Assembly (NCBI GenBank): GCA_964455555.1
Contig: CAYVXV010000002.1
Span: 3,136-67,135, forward strand
Direction of reading: 5' to 3'
Length of the DNA stretch: 64,000 nucleotides
Source: an uncultured Pseudomonadales bacterium
Lineage (GTDB): Bacteria > Patescibacteriota > Microgenomatia > UBA1400 > PJMF01
This document shows, one piece after another, positions 30,749-40,155 of this stretch; within the stretch, counting starts at the first letter, position 1; every line of letters starts with the position of its first letter. Below the pieces are notes generated by a model. The model was not told the DNA's origin. It did no database searches and was given only the letters and a program-made list of their open reading frames with translations. A program made the translations under genes and the position numbers.

Positions 30749-32380
30749 ATGTTTTCTTCAAAAAAAGCTCCTTTTGTTTATAGTTCGTGGCTGTTGCTTG
30801 TTTTAAGCGTTATTTATTTTGCCAGCCATTTAGCCGGTTTAGTTTCATTGCCGATATTTGCCGACGAAGCTATTTATGTCCGTTGGGCACAGTTGATAAT
30901 TGATGATCCTGTTAGGTATTTATTCTTTTCATTAAATGACGGAAAACCGCCGTTGTTTATCTGGTTGTTGGTCCCTTTTCAATATCTGGTTTCAGACCAA
31001 CTGCTGGCTGCCAGGCTGGTGTCGGTTTTGGTTGGCTGGGTTCAACTCCTTGTTTTTTGGCTAATAATGGAAGGGCTGCAGTTTAAAACATTTACAAAGG
31101 TTATTGGGGTATTGGCGCTGACATTGCTGCCTTTTTGGCAATTTCATCATCGACTTGCCCTGATGGATGGTTTGTTGACGCTTTTAATTTCTATCATGCT
31201 TCTCGGAGCACTATTGCTAATCACAGACCATCAAAAAAAAGGCATTTTTAGCCATCTTAAAGCACTTTTTAATCTTAAAGAAAAAAGCCGGACCAAGGCG
31301 CTCCAGCCATTGTTTTTGATAGCATTTGGGCTTGCCGGGGCTCTGTGGACTAAGCTTCCGGCTCTATTAGCCGTTCCTGGGATACTAGCCATCTTTTTGT
31401 TTCAAAAAGATTTATCTGTAAGTAGGCTAAAACCTCAATTATTTCCTGTTTTTGCCGGCATAGGGCTTGGTACGGTTGGTTTTTTATTGTTGGCTATCAG
31501 CAAGTCGTTTAACCAATTATTTACTAGGGGAGGCGATTTTTTATACCCTTTTGCAGAAGTGCTGTTTGAAAATAAATGGAGGGATACCTTAATAAATTTT
31601 CCGGCATATTCCTCCTACTTTTATACATATCTCACTCCAGCTTTGCTGATTTTTATCATTCTAGGTTTATTTTTAGCGCATCAAAAAAGATGGTCGCACG
31701 CTTTCTTCTGGGCCGGTGCTTTGTTTTTAATTCCAATTGGCCTTTTTGGAAAAGTAGTCTATCCGAGATATCTTTTTCCTGCAGCCTTATTTTTTACACT
31801 GGCAGCTCTTGCAGGCATTGATTCTTCGCTGGAGCACTGGACTGCTCTAGGAAAGAGTGCCGCAAAAAAAGACTTTAAGTATTTGGCTGCGGGCACTATT
31901 GTCATAGTGGTCTTGTTGGCCAATGCCTTTTCTCAGTCTCTGTCATTTACAGCGCAGTTGGCATTCAAACCGGATCAAACACCACTTGTTTCCTCTGACC
32001 GGCAGCAATACCTAACGGAATGGTCGTCCGGACATGGCATAAAAGAAACAGTTGATTTAATCCGGTCAGCAAGCCAAGAAGAAACAGTGGCAGTAGCTAC
32101 TGAAGGATATTTTGGAACCCTGCCGGATGGCTTGTTAGTTTATCTGCACCGAACAAACGTTGACAATATATACGTAGAGGGAGTAGGCCAACCGGTCGGT
32201 CACATCCCAGATTCGTTTATTGAAAGAGCTCAGAGCTTTGATAATATTTGGCTTGTTGTTAATGCAAACAGAATGAGGCTCTCGCTAAGCCAAGACAAGT
32301 TGATTCGAGAGTTCTGCAGGCCGTTCAGCGCCCCCTGTTTACAGGTTTGGGACATTTCCTCGATAGTAAAACAAGATTGA
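30749..32380 (+). CDS. GT-C (PMT/ArnT-like) glycosyltransferase
   Basis: FADEAIY, DGKPPLF, PRY motifs; multi-TM. Confidence 0.85.
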   Translation: MFSSKKAPFVYSSWLLLVLSVIYFASHLAGLVSLPIFADEAIYVRWAQLIIDDPVRYLFFSLNDGKPPLFIWLLVPFQYLVSDQLLAARLVSVLVGWVQLLVFWLIMEGLQFKTFTKVIGVLALTLLPFWQFHHRLALMDGLLTLLISIMLLGALLLITDHQKKGIFSHLKALFNLKEKSRTKALQPLFLIAFGLAGALWTKLPALLAVPGILAIFLFQKDLSVSRLKPQLFPVFAGIGLGTVGFLLLAISKSFNQLFTRGGDFLYPFAEVLFENKWRDTLINFPAYSSYFYTYLTPALLIFIILGLFLAHQKRWSHAFFWAGALFLIPIGLFGKVVYPRYLFPAALFFTLAALAGIDSSLEHWTALGKSAAKKDFKYLAAGTIVIVVLLANAFSQSLSFTAQLAFKPDQTPLVSSDRQQYLTEWSSGHGIKETVDLIRSASQEETVAVATEGYFGTLPDGLLVYLHRTNVDNIYVEGVGQPVGHIPDSFIERAQSFDNIWLVVNANRMRLSLSQDKLIREFCRPFSAPCLQVWDISSIVKQD

Positions 32381-32394
32381 AGCATCATTCCTTA

Positions 32395-32422
32395 TTGACG
32401 AATCTCATCTCGGACTTATAAT
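32395..32422 (+). promoter_or_regulatory. Sigma70 promoter TTGACG-N16-TATAAT for the histidine kinase
   Basis: Near-consensus -35 and -10 elements 28 nt upstream of ATG 32451. Confidence 0.65.
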
Positions 32423-32450
32423 CTGCGGGGTAATCAGATTTTTACTAGAA

Positions 32451-33221
32451 ATGGAGAGCAAATATTTACAAAAAAACACTATTAAATTGTCTTTAAAAGC
32501 AATGCGCCAGCAGCTGCTCTTAACAATATTAAAAGACAGAAAAAGTGAAAAAGACCTTCTACTAAACAGCAGAGTATTTTCTCATGCATGCAAAACTCCG
32601 CTCACAGTCTTGCTCTGCAGCCTTGAGGCAACGCTAAAGGATAAAAAGCACCACACTCCCCAAATTGAGCAGTCATTAGAAGCTGCCAAAAAAATTCGCC
32701 AACTTTTAAATCATTTAACCAACAATTCTTCTCCAAACGATCAGCTATTTTATGTCGGCCAGGCTGTTTCTGAGGTGTCAAATCTGGTCAAAGTTGCCCA
32801 TCCAACTGCTATTATTACCATTAATATTTCGGCTTCCATGCAGCTGTTGGGCCCAAAGCTTTATTTTCAAGAGGCGATTGAGTGTTTGCTGACCAATGCG
32901 TTGGAATCATATAGATCGGGGCAAAAAGCCAGGATTGCTATTTCTGCCCGGACCAGAAGGCAAAATATTCAGTTGGACATAGTAGATTCAGGCAAGGGCA
33001 TGAGTTTGCTTGAGATGCAATTATCCAAAGTCAACGGAATTACTTTTAAAAAGAATGGCGACGGCATTGGTGTTACTACCACAAACATCATAATCAAAAA
33101 ATATTTTTCAGGCACCGTGAGAATTGCAACTTGCCGCGGCGTTGGAACCCGGGTTTCTATTTTTTTTCCGCTAGTCAATCACGCGGTAGCCGAACCCTCT
33201 GACAGTTTTGAGCTGGCATGA
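32451..33221 (+). CDS. Soluble histidine kinase (DHp plus HATPase, no sensor domain)
   Basis: H-box SHACKTPL, N-box LLTNA, G1 DSGKGM, G2 GDGIG. Confidence 0.85.
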   Translation: MESKYLQKNTIKLSLKAMRQQLLLTILKDRKSEKDLLLNSRVFSHACKTPLTVLLCSLEATLKDKKHHTPQIEQSLEAAKKIRQLLNHLTNNSSPNDQLFYVGQAVSEVSNLVKVAHPTAIITINISASMQLLGPKLYFQEAIECLLTNALESYRSGQKARIAISARTRRQNIQLDIVDSGKGMSLLEMQLSKVNGITFKKNGDGIGVTTTNIIIKKYFSGTVRIATCRGVGTRVSIFFPLVNHAVAEPSDSFELA

Positions 33222-33839
33222 TGCCGGCCCAAGCTTTACTCTGATTTTTCTTATATAAGCATCGATTGTAGAATAGGTGGGTATTTCCAGCGAGGTTCCC
33301 CATATAGCATCTATCATCTGTTCCCTGGAAACGGTTTGATTTTTTCTTTTAACTAGATAGCTAAGAATTTGGTTCTCTCTTCTTCTCAGTTGTACAGGCT
33401 TGTTATTAACTAATGCTTCTCCGGTTGCTGTTTGCAATACCAACTCACCCGCTCTTAGGTTGCCGCTAGTATTGATCTTTTCCTTACTAAGTAATTTTTC
33501 TACTTTTAGGGATAGTTCAGTTAAGGAAAAAGGTTTGGGAAGGTAGTCGTCAGCACCTTTGCTTAGCCCTAATATCCGCTGCTCTGTTTCACCTAGCTGG
33601 GAGAGCAAAATTGTACGGGTATGAAAACTGATGTCGTTCAAATATGAAACAATTTCTATTCCGTCACCGTCATCAAGTACTCGGTCTAATAAGGCGAGGT
33701 CGATGTTTTCTTTTTCAAGAATGGAGTATGCTTGTTCGACAGTGGCAGCTGTCAAACAGCGGTATTTCTCCTTTGGGAAATAATCAAGCAACTGTTTGAG
33801 CAGTAGTGGGTCGTTTTCAACGACTAAAATGTTGTTCAT
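33171..33839 (-). CDS. OmpR-family response regulator
   Basis: LLDRVLDDGDG, GADDYLPKPF, wHTH IDAYIRKIR..TVRGFGY. Confidence 0.93.
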   Translation of the reverse strand: MNNILVVENDPLLLKQLLDYFPKEKYRCLTAATVEQAYSILEKENIDLALLDRVLDDGDGIEIVSYLNDISFHTRTILLSQLGETEQRILGLSKGADDYLPKPFSLTELSLKVEKLLSKEKINTSGNLRAGELVLQTATGEALVNNKPVQLRRRENQILSYLVKRKNQTVSREQMIDAIWGTSLEIPTYSTIDAYIRKIRVKLGPASCQLKTVRGFGYRVID

Positions 33840-33987
33840 GGGTCAGATAATAGAATACATAATCAATAAAACAAGTGGAGAGTACAAGCTTGGGTTCTGT
33901 TATAATCGCTAATTCCGCGTGGAAAACTAAAAGTTCTGGCTTTAGTCGCGAAAAATGGTAAACTATACCAGTCTAGTCAAGACTAAA

Positions 33988-34058
33988 TCCCGGGTAGTGA
34001 AATGGCATCACTCCAGGTTCTGAACTTGTTATCCTAGGTTCGAATCCTAGCCCGGGAT
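33988..34058 (+). tRNA. tRNA-Gln (anticodon CTG)
   Basis: Acceptor TCCCGGG/CCCGGGA, D-arm GTGA/TCAC, anticodon loop TTCTGAA, T-arm CTAGG-TTCGAAT-CCTAG; CCA not encoded. Confidence 0.93.
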
Positions 34059-34130
34059 CAACATCCTCGAAACTCTCAAATAAAGCAGTACAGTATGGCA
34101 GCTTTCTCATAAGCCTGGTATATTCTCACT

Positions 34131-34319
34131 ATGAGCAGATATGATCAAATGCCAAGGGAAGAATTAGAAACCCAAGATAACATTAAGGTTAAAGAGGTAT
34201 CTAGAGCAGAGTTTGCTCGTGTCCAAAATGAAAGAAGCGGCACTGATCTTGTAGATATAGATCAAGATACCTGGACAGAAGTTGATTCTCAGACTGATAT
34301 TTTAAATACCGGCGGGTAG
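34131..34319 (+). CDS. Small acidic hypothetical protein
   Basis: 62 aa ORF with a -10-like TATATT 6 nt before the ATG. Confidence 0.55.
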   Translation: MSRYDQMPREELETQDNIKVKEVSRAEFARVQNERSGTDLVDIDQDTWTEVDSQTDILNTGG

Positions 34320-34361
34320 CCTTGCGTCATTATTTTTATATTTGATAAAAAAAGAGGCACT

Positions 34362-34865
34362 GTGCTATCAGCTCATCTTTCTACTGTTAACGAAAAAAGA
34401 AACAAAAAATTCACATTGATGGAGATAGCTGCGCTGAAAAGGATCTTCACAGGCAAAGATAATGCAGATGCAATTGAAGTTGCGCCCCCACAGGCTATTG
34501 ATAGGCTTTCAGCAAAAGCTGTTGACCCATATTTTGAGGTTTATGATGAAATGATTTCATTCCTCAAGGAAAGAAATTTAGAAGATAAGAACAGTAGCTT
34601 GGAAGTATATTTGTTTGGGCATCATATGCAAGTATTTGGAACTTCTTATGCAGAAGCTTCACAAAGAATCACTGACAATGTTCTTGAACAGAGTATGTTG
34701 ACTGATACTCTGAAAAGCATTGGTATTAATGCTACTGACATCCACGACTTCAGAACTCCAGCTGAACCAAATATAGATGATATATTTTATGATTCCCAAA
34801 AAAGAATATTTTATAGACACAGAAGAAACAAGTTTGTTTTAAAAGATCATATTTACGAATATTGA
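34362..34865 (+). CDS. Hypothetical protein
   Basis: 167 aa ORF with no recognised motif (start may be ATG 34419). Confidence 0.6.
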   Translation: MLSAHLSTVNEKRNKKFTLMEIAALKRIFTGKDNADAIEVAPPQAIDRLSAKAVDPYFEVYDEMISFLKERNLEDKNSSLEVYLFGHHMQVFGTSYAEASQRITDNVLEQSMLTDTLKSIGINATDIHDFRTPAEPNIDDIFYDSQKRIFYRHRRNKFVLKDHIYEY

Positions 34866-34924
34866 TCAAAACAACAAGAGATACTTTCTTCGATATATAA
34901 GCCCATAACACAAGATGTGTAAAC

Positions 34925-34953
34925 TTGATATTTAGAGTGCTTCATGATACTAT
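34925..34953 (+). promoter_or_regulatory. Sigma70 promoter TTGATA-N17-TACTAT with extended TG
   Basis: Consensus spacing, upstream of ORF 35079. Confidence 0.55.
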
Positions 34954-35078
34954 TGCAAGAATTCTGTAAGGAAAGTGGCTCATACATAATTTCCTTTATC
35001 AGATAGGTATTCATTTTTACCTGCTCGGTTAAAAATTGTGTAATTTATCAACCTAAAAAGGTTGTTGAAAGAGGAATC

Positions 35079-35786
35079 ATGGCACAATCACCAGAAATTA
35101 TCACTGAAGGACAGTCAGTAGTGGCACCCACCGTGTCCAGAAGAGAGATGTTTCAATCTCCAGATCCTGCAATACGCAGAAAGGCACAAGAGATTGCTGA
35201 AAAAAATCCGAGAAGAGAAGGAGCTTTGCCAATACAGCCAGTTGAGACAACACCAGAAAGTGCCCTTAACGGCAGGGTAGTTGCATCGAGAGAAGAAGGT
35301 GCCCTCATGAGCTTTCTTAGGAAATTTAAAAGAGAGCAGGAAGCACAAATCGGTTCTGCGCAGGAAGGAAGAGAAGTTTTGGTAGCAGAAAGAATGAGCG
35401 ATGCTGCTTTGCCAACAAAAACGGATGAAAAAACCGATTATGCTCTGGCATTGCGTGAAGTTGGCGTAGACATGAAGGATTTATCGCTCCTGGCTAAAGT
35501 TCACACACAGACTGAAGAGCAGCTCAAATTTTTGGAGGAAGCCTTTGGCCATCAACTTAAAGAAAAAAGAGTGAAAGACCAAGCCAGAGAGATTCTTTGG
35601 CAACTGAACCTTCACCATATTTTGGGCACAGGAATAAATTCCTTAATTGGCCTTTGGGTTGCATTACTTGAAGGAATTGGTGAATTAATTGCTACTTCGG
35701 CTGGTTCGGCCTCTTATGCAGTCAGGCACACTGGTCTGCAGATAAAAAGAGGTTGGGAGGAAGCCGGTAGAAGAAACGGTTATTAA
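35079..35786 (+). CDS. Hypothetical helical protein with C-terminal hydrophobic/amphipathic segment
   Basis: 235 aa ORF with SD GAGG upstream. Confidence 0.7.
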   Translation: MAQSPEIITEGQSVVAPTVSRREMFQSPDPAIRRKAQEIAEKNPRREGALPIQPVETTPESALNGRVVASREEGALMSFLRKFKREQEAQIGSAQEGREVLVAERMSDAALPTKTDEKTDYALALREVGVDMKDLSLLAKVHTQTEEQLKFLEEAFGHQLKEKRVKDQAREILWQLNLHHILGTGINSLIGLWVALLEGIGELIATSAGSASYAVRHTGLQIKRGWEEAGRRNGY

Positions 35787-35819
35787 CTAACCAAATTAAT
35801 CCAAGAATAGAAAGAAATA

Positions 35820-36338
35820 ATGAATGAATTGCCCAACCCCTACCGGAGGAATCGTGGTGACGAACCTCAGGCAGCCTCAGTAGAGGAACAGACAGATTGT
35901 ATTAGAGAAGAGACGCTCGCAGCGTTAACTCCAGAGCAAAAAGCTGAAATTGTTCGTATAGCCAGAAGTGAGGCAACTACTCGATTGGAGGAGGCAGAAT
36001 ATCTAAATGAGCTAGCTAGCCATGTTGAAGATTTAAGAATTTTAAAAGTGGTTGCGAGTAGAGCAGCCTATGGCACTGGCAGAAGAGATGAAGAAACAGG
36101 TTTTCTAAACAACGGATGCGGCAAAGAATGCTGCACAAAGAAATATGAGAACAGCGACAAGCGGCTTCAGGCTGCTGCAGCATTTCTCCAGGATAGGATT
36201 GAAGTAGTTGTTGCTAGAAGAAGGAATTTTGCGAAAAAAAATCCAATTGCCGACGGTGTGGTTAAAAAATTGCTCGGTGTTGATATAAGTATAGTAGATT
36301 TGCTCAGAAGACCAGAGCCAGCAGCGCTTGGCCTTTAA
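35820..36338 (+). CDS. Hypothetical protein with CGKECC cluster
   Basis: 172 aa ORF, co-oriented 33 nt after the previous gene. Confidence 0.65.
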   Translation: MNELPNPYRRNRGDEPQAASVEEQTDCIREETLAALTPEQKAEIVRIARSEATTRLEEAEYLNELASHVEDLRILKVVASRAAYGTGRRDEETGFLNNGCGKECCTKKYENSDKRLQAAAAFLQDRIEVVVARRRNFAKKNPIADGVVKKLLGVDISIVDLLRRPEPAALGL

Positions 36339-36919
36339 TCGGCTTTCCTAATTTTTGAAACTAGAGAACTGCCGGCTGCTTCAGCATTGATGCGTATCAG
36401 TTCATTCTGTTCATTCTCGACTCTGCTTTTCATTGGTTCTTTCAGCGTGTAGGGATATTTGCTAACAACTTCTATTGAGCTTGTTCTAGTCTCAAGTGTG
36501 AGGTTTCCGTTTCCGTTTGGAAGCTGAAAGAAGATATCGACGCTCATGATAGAGTTCTGTCTTCTAGGAACTATTGAGATCCAAAAATTCTGGTGTTTCA
36601 AAACTGCTTCCAAAGAAAGAAATTTAGTTTCTTCTCCCTGCATAAACCTGGTGTATCGCCCATATACCTGATTCGGATTTTTTGGCCTGAGACAGGGGTA
36701 AGTCTCAATTACTGGCGCTAAATTAATGGTTACAGATCTGGAATATTCATAACTAATTTGAGGAGACGTGTCCAAGCCCAGTTTTTCTTGAAGAAAAGAA
36801 GCCAATCTTTCTGCAAAACTCTGCAGCACTTCAGCATAGAAATGATCGTACCTATAAGGCTCAATTTCCTTGGGTTTGATTGTCGGTCTTACTCCGAATT
36901 CCTTGCTGATTGTTGCCAT
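36335..36919 (-). CDS. Hypothetical protein
   Basis: 194 aa ORF with no recognised motif. Confidence 0.65.
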   Translation of the reverse strand: MATISKEFGVRPTIKPKEIEPYRYDHFYAEVLQSFAERLASFLQEKLGLDTSPQISYEYSRSVTINLAPVIETYPCLRPKNPNQVYGRYTRFMQGEETKFLSLEAVLKHQNFWISIVPRRQNSIMSVDIFFQLPNGNGNLTLETRTSSIEVVSKYPYTLKEPMKSRVENEQNELIRINAEAAGSSLVSKIRKAD

Positions 36920-37028
36920 AGTGGAATGCCTAAATCAATAACTAAGCAATCAAATGAGGATTATAGGATAGGATATTTAGGTTGTAAAGACGATTTCATC
37001 TAGAAAGTTGTACCAAAATGAAAGGGGC

Positions 37029-37334
37029 TTAATCAAAATTGGACTTAATGCCAACCAGCTCAATATGACTGAATCGCTTTTTCACTTCGCCCCAAAACTT
37101 TTCTGACAACCGCTGAGAATATACAGCGTTATTTCCGCGTTCGATTCCAGAACAAAGTCGCCGCTCCCAATTGCGGATAACATCCACCACCTCTTGCCCT
37201 TGTTTATGAAACTCTACTGACCACTTTTTTCTATCCTGGCGATAAGCGTCATGAACCGGTTGAAAGCTGTCAAATAAATCTGAGTTTTCATCCGTCATCA
37301 GCTGGAAATATTTTTTGTATTTTGTCATATTCAT
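37029..37334 (-). CDS. Hypothetical helical protein
   Basis: 101 aa ORF directly downstream of glgP; IRNWERRLC and LSEKFW segments. Confidence 0.75.
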   Translation of the reverse strand: MNMTKYKKYFQLMTDENSDLFDSFQPVHDAYRQDRKKWSVEFHKQGQEVVDVIRNWERRLCSGIERGNNAVYSQRLSEKFWGEVKKRFSHIELVGIKSNFD

Positions 37335-37340
37335 CCGCTC

Positions 37341-39029
37341 TTAACTGTACAAAAGTTTTACGTATTCATCAAGCATTCTGGTCGAACTAAACTCATTAGA
37401 TTTTGCTATAGCGGCTATCATTCTATTTACCCAATCAATAGGAATCCCGTACTCATCTCGTTGATAGTATGCCGGGACGACTGATTCTTCCAGCGTTTGA
37501 TAGATGCTGGCAGAAATGTGTTCATGGTCAAGCTTCCAGCCAAATTTATCAAAGTCAATCTCCGCTAGCCAGCCATCAGCGACACTGAGTTGAAGCACGC
37601 CGTTGGAAATTGCTTTCATGCCGGATGTACCACATGCTTCATGCCCTAATTCTGGTGTATTTAGCCAAACATCAACACCCCTGGTTAGGTGTTTGGCGAT
37701 TTCAATATTATAATTTGGAACAAACAACGCCTGACCGGAAAGTTCTTTTTGCATAAACCCAATTATTTCTTGGAGAATCTTCTTTCCTACTTCATCGCCC
37801 TGATGAACTTTGCCTGCAATAAGCAACTGAACTTTTTGATCAGGATTATGAGTTATCGATTTAAGGCGTTTCAGATCTGAAAAAAGAACATTAAGCTGTT
37901 TATAGCCAGCCAACCGCCTTGCCCAACCAATAATTAGATCTTCAGAATTATAGCCATATCCTGTTTTCTGTTTTATGAATGACTCTGTTTGTTTTTTAAG
38001 TTCCAGGTGAGCTTGCCATAACTCGTTTGGCATTAATTGTAAGGCAGGGAGGCTGGAATCCTGCCAAGTGGGAAGGTGCACGCCATTTGTAATAGAAGCC
38101 CATTGGTAATTTGGCCAATATTCCTCTGATAACTTGCTGTGAAACTTGCTCACACCATTTGCTTTTCTGGAGCTGTTTAAGGCAAAATCAGTCACAGAGA
38201 AAGCAGTTCCTTCTGCATTCATTCCAGGCAATAGTAAGCGCTCAACATTGATGTTCATTTTATCCGCATAATAAGCAGCATATTTTTCAATCAGTTCCCG
38301 CTGATACTGTTTATTTCCGGCAGGAACAAGAGTGTGGTTGGTATAAACAGTCTGGTCTACTGCAAGCTGCCTGGCTGCGGTGTAATCAATTCGGTGCGTG
38401 TCCATCAGAGCGCGAATTAGCTGCCAGTGCAAAAAGGCCGGCCGGCCTTCGTTCATATGGTAAACTGAGGGGACAATTCCAAGTTTGCGCAAAACCTTCA
38501 CTCCACCAATACCAAGCAGCAGCTGTTGTTGAAATTGCTCTTCATCTGTTCCGAAATAAAGTTTTCTGGTTAGGTTTCTTTCCTTCAGCTCATTTTGGTC
38601 TGTTTCAGCATCGAGCAGGTAAAGTACAACTTCGTCGGAGAAGGTTTTCTTCCAGACCCTGAGCCAGACTTCTTTAACACTTAGGTGTACTTTGACAAAC
38701 AGGGGCCCTTCATCAACATAAACATGCTCTATTCCTGCTGAAACAGGATCGAAGGCAAAGTCAGATTCCTGCTGCAAACCTTCCTCTGTTATCTCTTGCA
38801 CCATTTGGTCGCCTCGGTAGAGCAAGCCAATTCCAACAAATGGCAACTTTTTGTCTGAAGCCTCCTTAATTGTATCGCCGGCTAAAATACCCAGTCCTCC
38901 TGCGTACCACGGAAGATTGACATCAATTCCATATTCAGCACAAAAATATGCTATAGGGTGTTGAGGGGAAACTTGGACAGCCATAGATTTATTCTTACGC
39001 TCAGAAATAGAATCTGTTACAGTGTACAT
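37341..39029 (-). CDS. glgP: Alpha-glucan (glycogen/maltodextrin) phosphorylase
   Basis: AYFCAEYG, YAGGLGILAGD, HMNEG, ITNGVH, PLP-lysine motif EACGTSGMK; start may be 38984. Confidence 0.93.
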   Translation of the reverse strand: MYTVTDSISERKNKSMAVQVSPQHPIAYFCAEYGIDVNLPWYAGGLGILAGDTIKEASDKKLPFVGIGLLYRGDQMVQEITEEGLQQESDFAFDPVSAGIEHVYVDEGPLFVKVHLSVKEVWLRVWKKTFSDEVVLYLLDAETDQNELKERNLTRKLYFGTDEEQFQQQLLLGIGGVKVLRKLGIVPSVYHMNEGRPAFLHWQLIRALMDTHRIDYTAARQLAVDQTVYTNHTLVPAGNKQYQRELIEKYAAYYADKMNINVERLLLPGMNAEGTAFSVTDFALNSSRKANGVSKFHSKLSEEYWPNYQWASITNGVHLPTWQDSSLPALQLMPNELWQAHLELKKQTESFIKQKTGYGYNSEDLIIGWARRLAGYKQLNVLFSDLKRLKSITHNPDQKVQLLIAGKVHQGDEVGKKILQEIIGFMQKELSGQALFVPNYNIEIAKHLTRGVDVWLNTPELGHEACGTSGMKAISNGVLQLSVADGWLAEIDFDKFGWKLDHEHISASIYQTLEESVVPAYYQRDEYGIPIDWVNRMIAAIAKSNEFSSTRMLDEYVKLLYS

Positions 39030-39064
39030 AGTACAACATTTGAGGGTACTTAGGAAACAGCTTT

Positions 39065-40123
39065 ATGAACTACAGCGATATTATTTCTTTGCTTGGAGAT
39101 GATGCAAAGACACTTTTGGAACATAGTTCTGAGAAGATCTCTAAAGAGTTAATTTTTGCCCCAGGGAAAAATGCCCACAAACTTGTCTTTCAGGATTCAG
39201 ACAGGCCGCAGAAGGTTAAACAGAACTTGGATAGGCTATATAAGCAGGGCAGATTGGGCGACAGCGGATATCTGTCAATATTTCCGGTCGACCAGGGTTT
39301 GGAGCATTCTGCTGCCTATTCTTTTTACAAAAACCAATTGTTTTTTGACCCGGAAAACATTGTGAAATTTGCTATCGAAGCAGAAAGCAGCGCTGTGGTG
39401 AGTAGCGCAGGTGTATTAGGAATGGTTTCTGGAAAATATGCCAGGAAAATACCTTTTATTGTTAAGCTCAACCACAGTGAACACTTAACAAAGCCGCCTG
39501 TTACAAATCAAATCCCTTTTTCATCTGTTCAGCGGGCTTACGATATGGGTGCAGCCGGGGTAGGGGCAACCATTTACTTCGGTTCAGACCTATCTCACCG
39601 CCAGATTGAGGAAGTCGCTTCGGCCTTCGATGAGGCTCATAGCCTCGGTATGTTCACAGTCCTCTGGTGTTATCCGAGAAACGACAATTACAAAAAAGAT
39701 AATATAGATTATGCCACGGCGGTTGATATTACTTCCCAAGCATGCCACCTGGGAGTAACAATAGGGGCTGATTTGATTAAACAGAAGATGCCTTCCAACA
39801 AACATGCTTTCAAGGAATTGAAATTCGGCAAATATACCGATGACATGTACTCAGCATTGCTGACAGACAACCCAATTGACCTTATTAGATATCAGGTTGC
39901 TCATTGCTACTTTGGCAGGGTTGGATTGGTTAATTCTGGAGGTGAATCAACAGGGGAAAACGACCTAAAAGACGCTGTAAGAGATGCAATAATCAACAAG
40001 CGCGGAGGCGGCTCGGGTTTAATTATGGGCAGAAAACTTTTCAAGCGGCCTTGGAATGAGGGTTTGGAGATTGTAAGGGCAGTTCAGGATGTTTATCTGA
40101 TGCCTGAGGTTACTTTGGCCTAG
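39065..40123 (+). CDS. fbaB: Class I fructose-bisphosphate aldolase
   Basis: PVDQGLEHSA, VKLNH, GATIYFGS, VLWCYPR, GADLIKQK, INKRGGGSGLIMGRK. Confidence 0.95.
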   Translation: MNYSDIISLLGDDAKTLLEHSSEKISKELIFAPGKNAHKLVFQDSDRPQKVKQNLDRLYKQGRLGDSGYLSIFPVDQGLEHSAAYSFYKNQLFFDPENIVKFAIEAESSAVVSSAGVLGMVSGKYARKIPFIVKLNHSEHLTKPPVTNQIPFSSVQRAYDMGAAGVGATIYFGSDLSHRQIEEVASAFDEAHSLGMFTVLWCYPRNDNYKKDNIDYATAVDITSQACHLGVTIGADLIKQKMPSNKHAFKELKFGKYTDDMYSALLTDNPIDLIRYQVAHCYFGRVGLVNSGGESTGENDLKDAVRDAIINKRGGGSGLIMGRKLFKRPWNEGLEIVRAVQDVYLMPEVTLA

Positions 40124-40155
40124 CAGAGCCTTCCGGTTTTAAGCCCTTATCCACA

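Noticed and set aside
36758-37003. 81-aa plus-strand ORF
   Set aside because: Mostly antisense to the 194-aa ORF, with no supporting signals
34040-37030. Prophage or integrative element at tRNA-Gln
   Set aside because: No integrase, phage genes or duplicated tRNA 3' end (att) were seen
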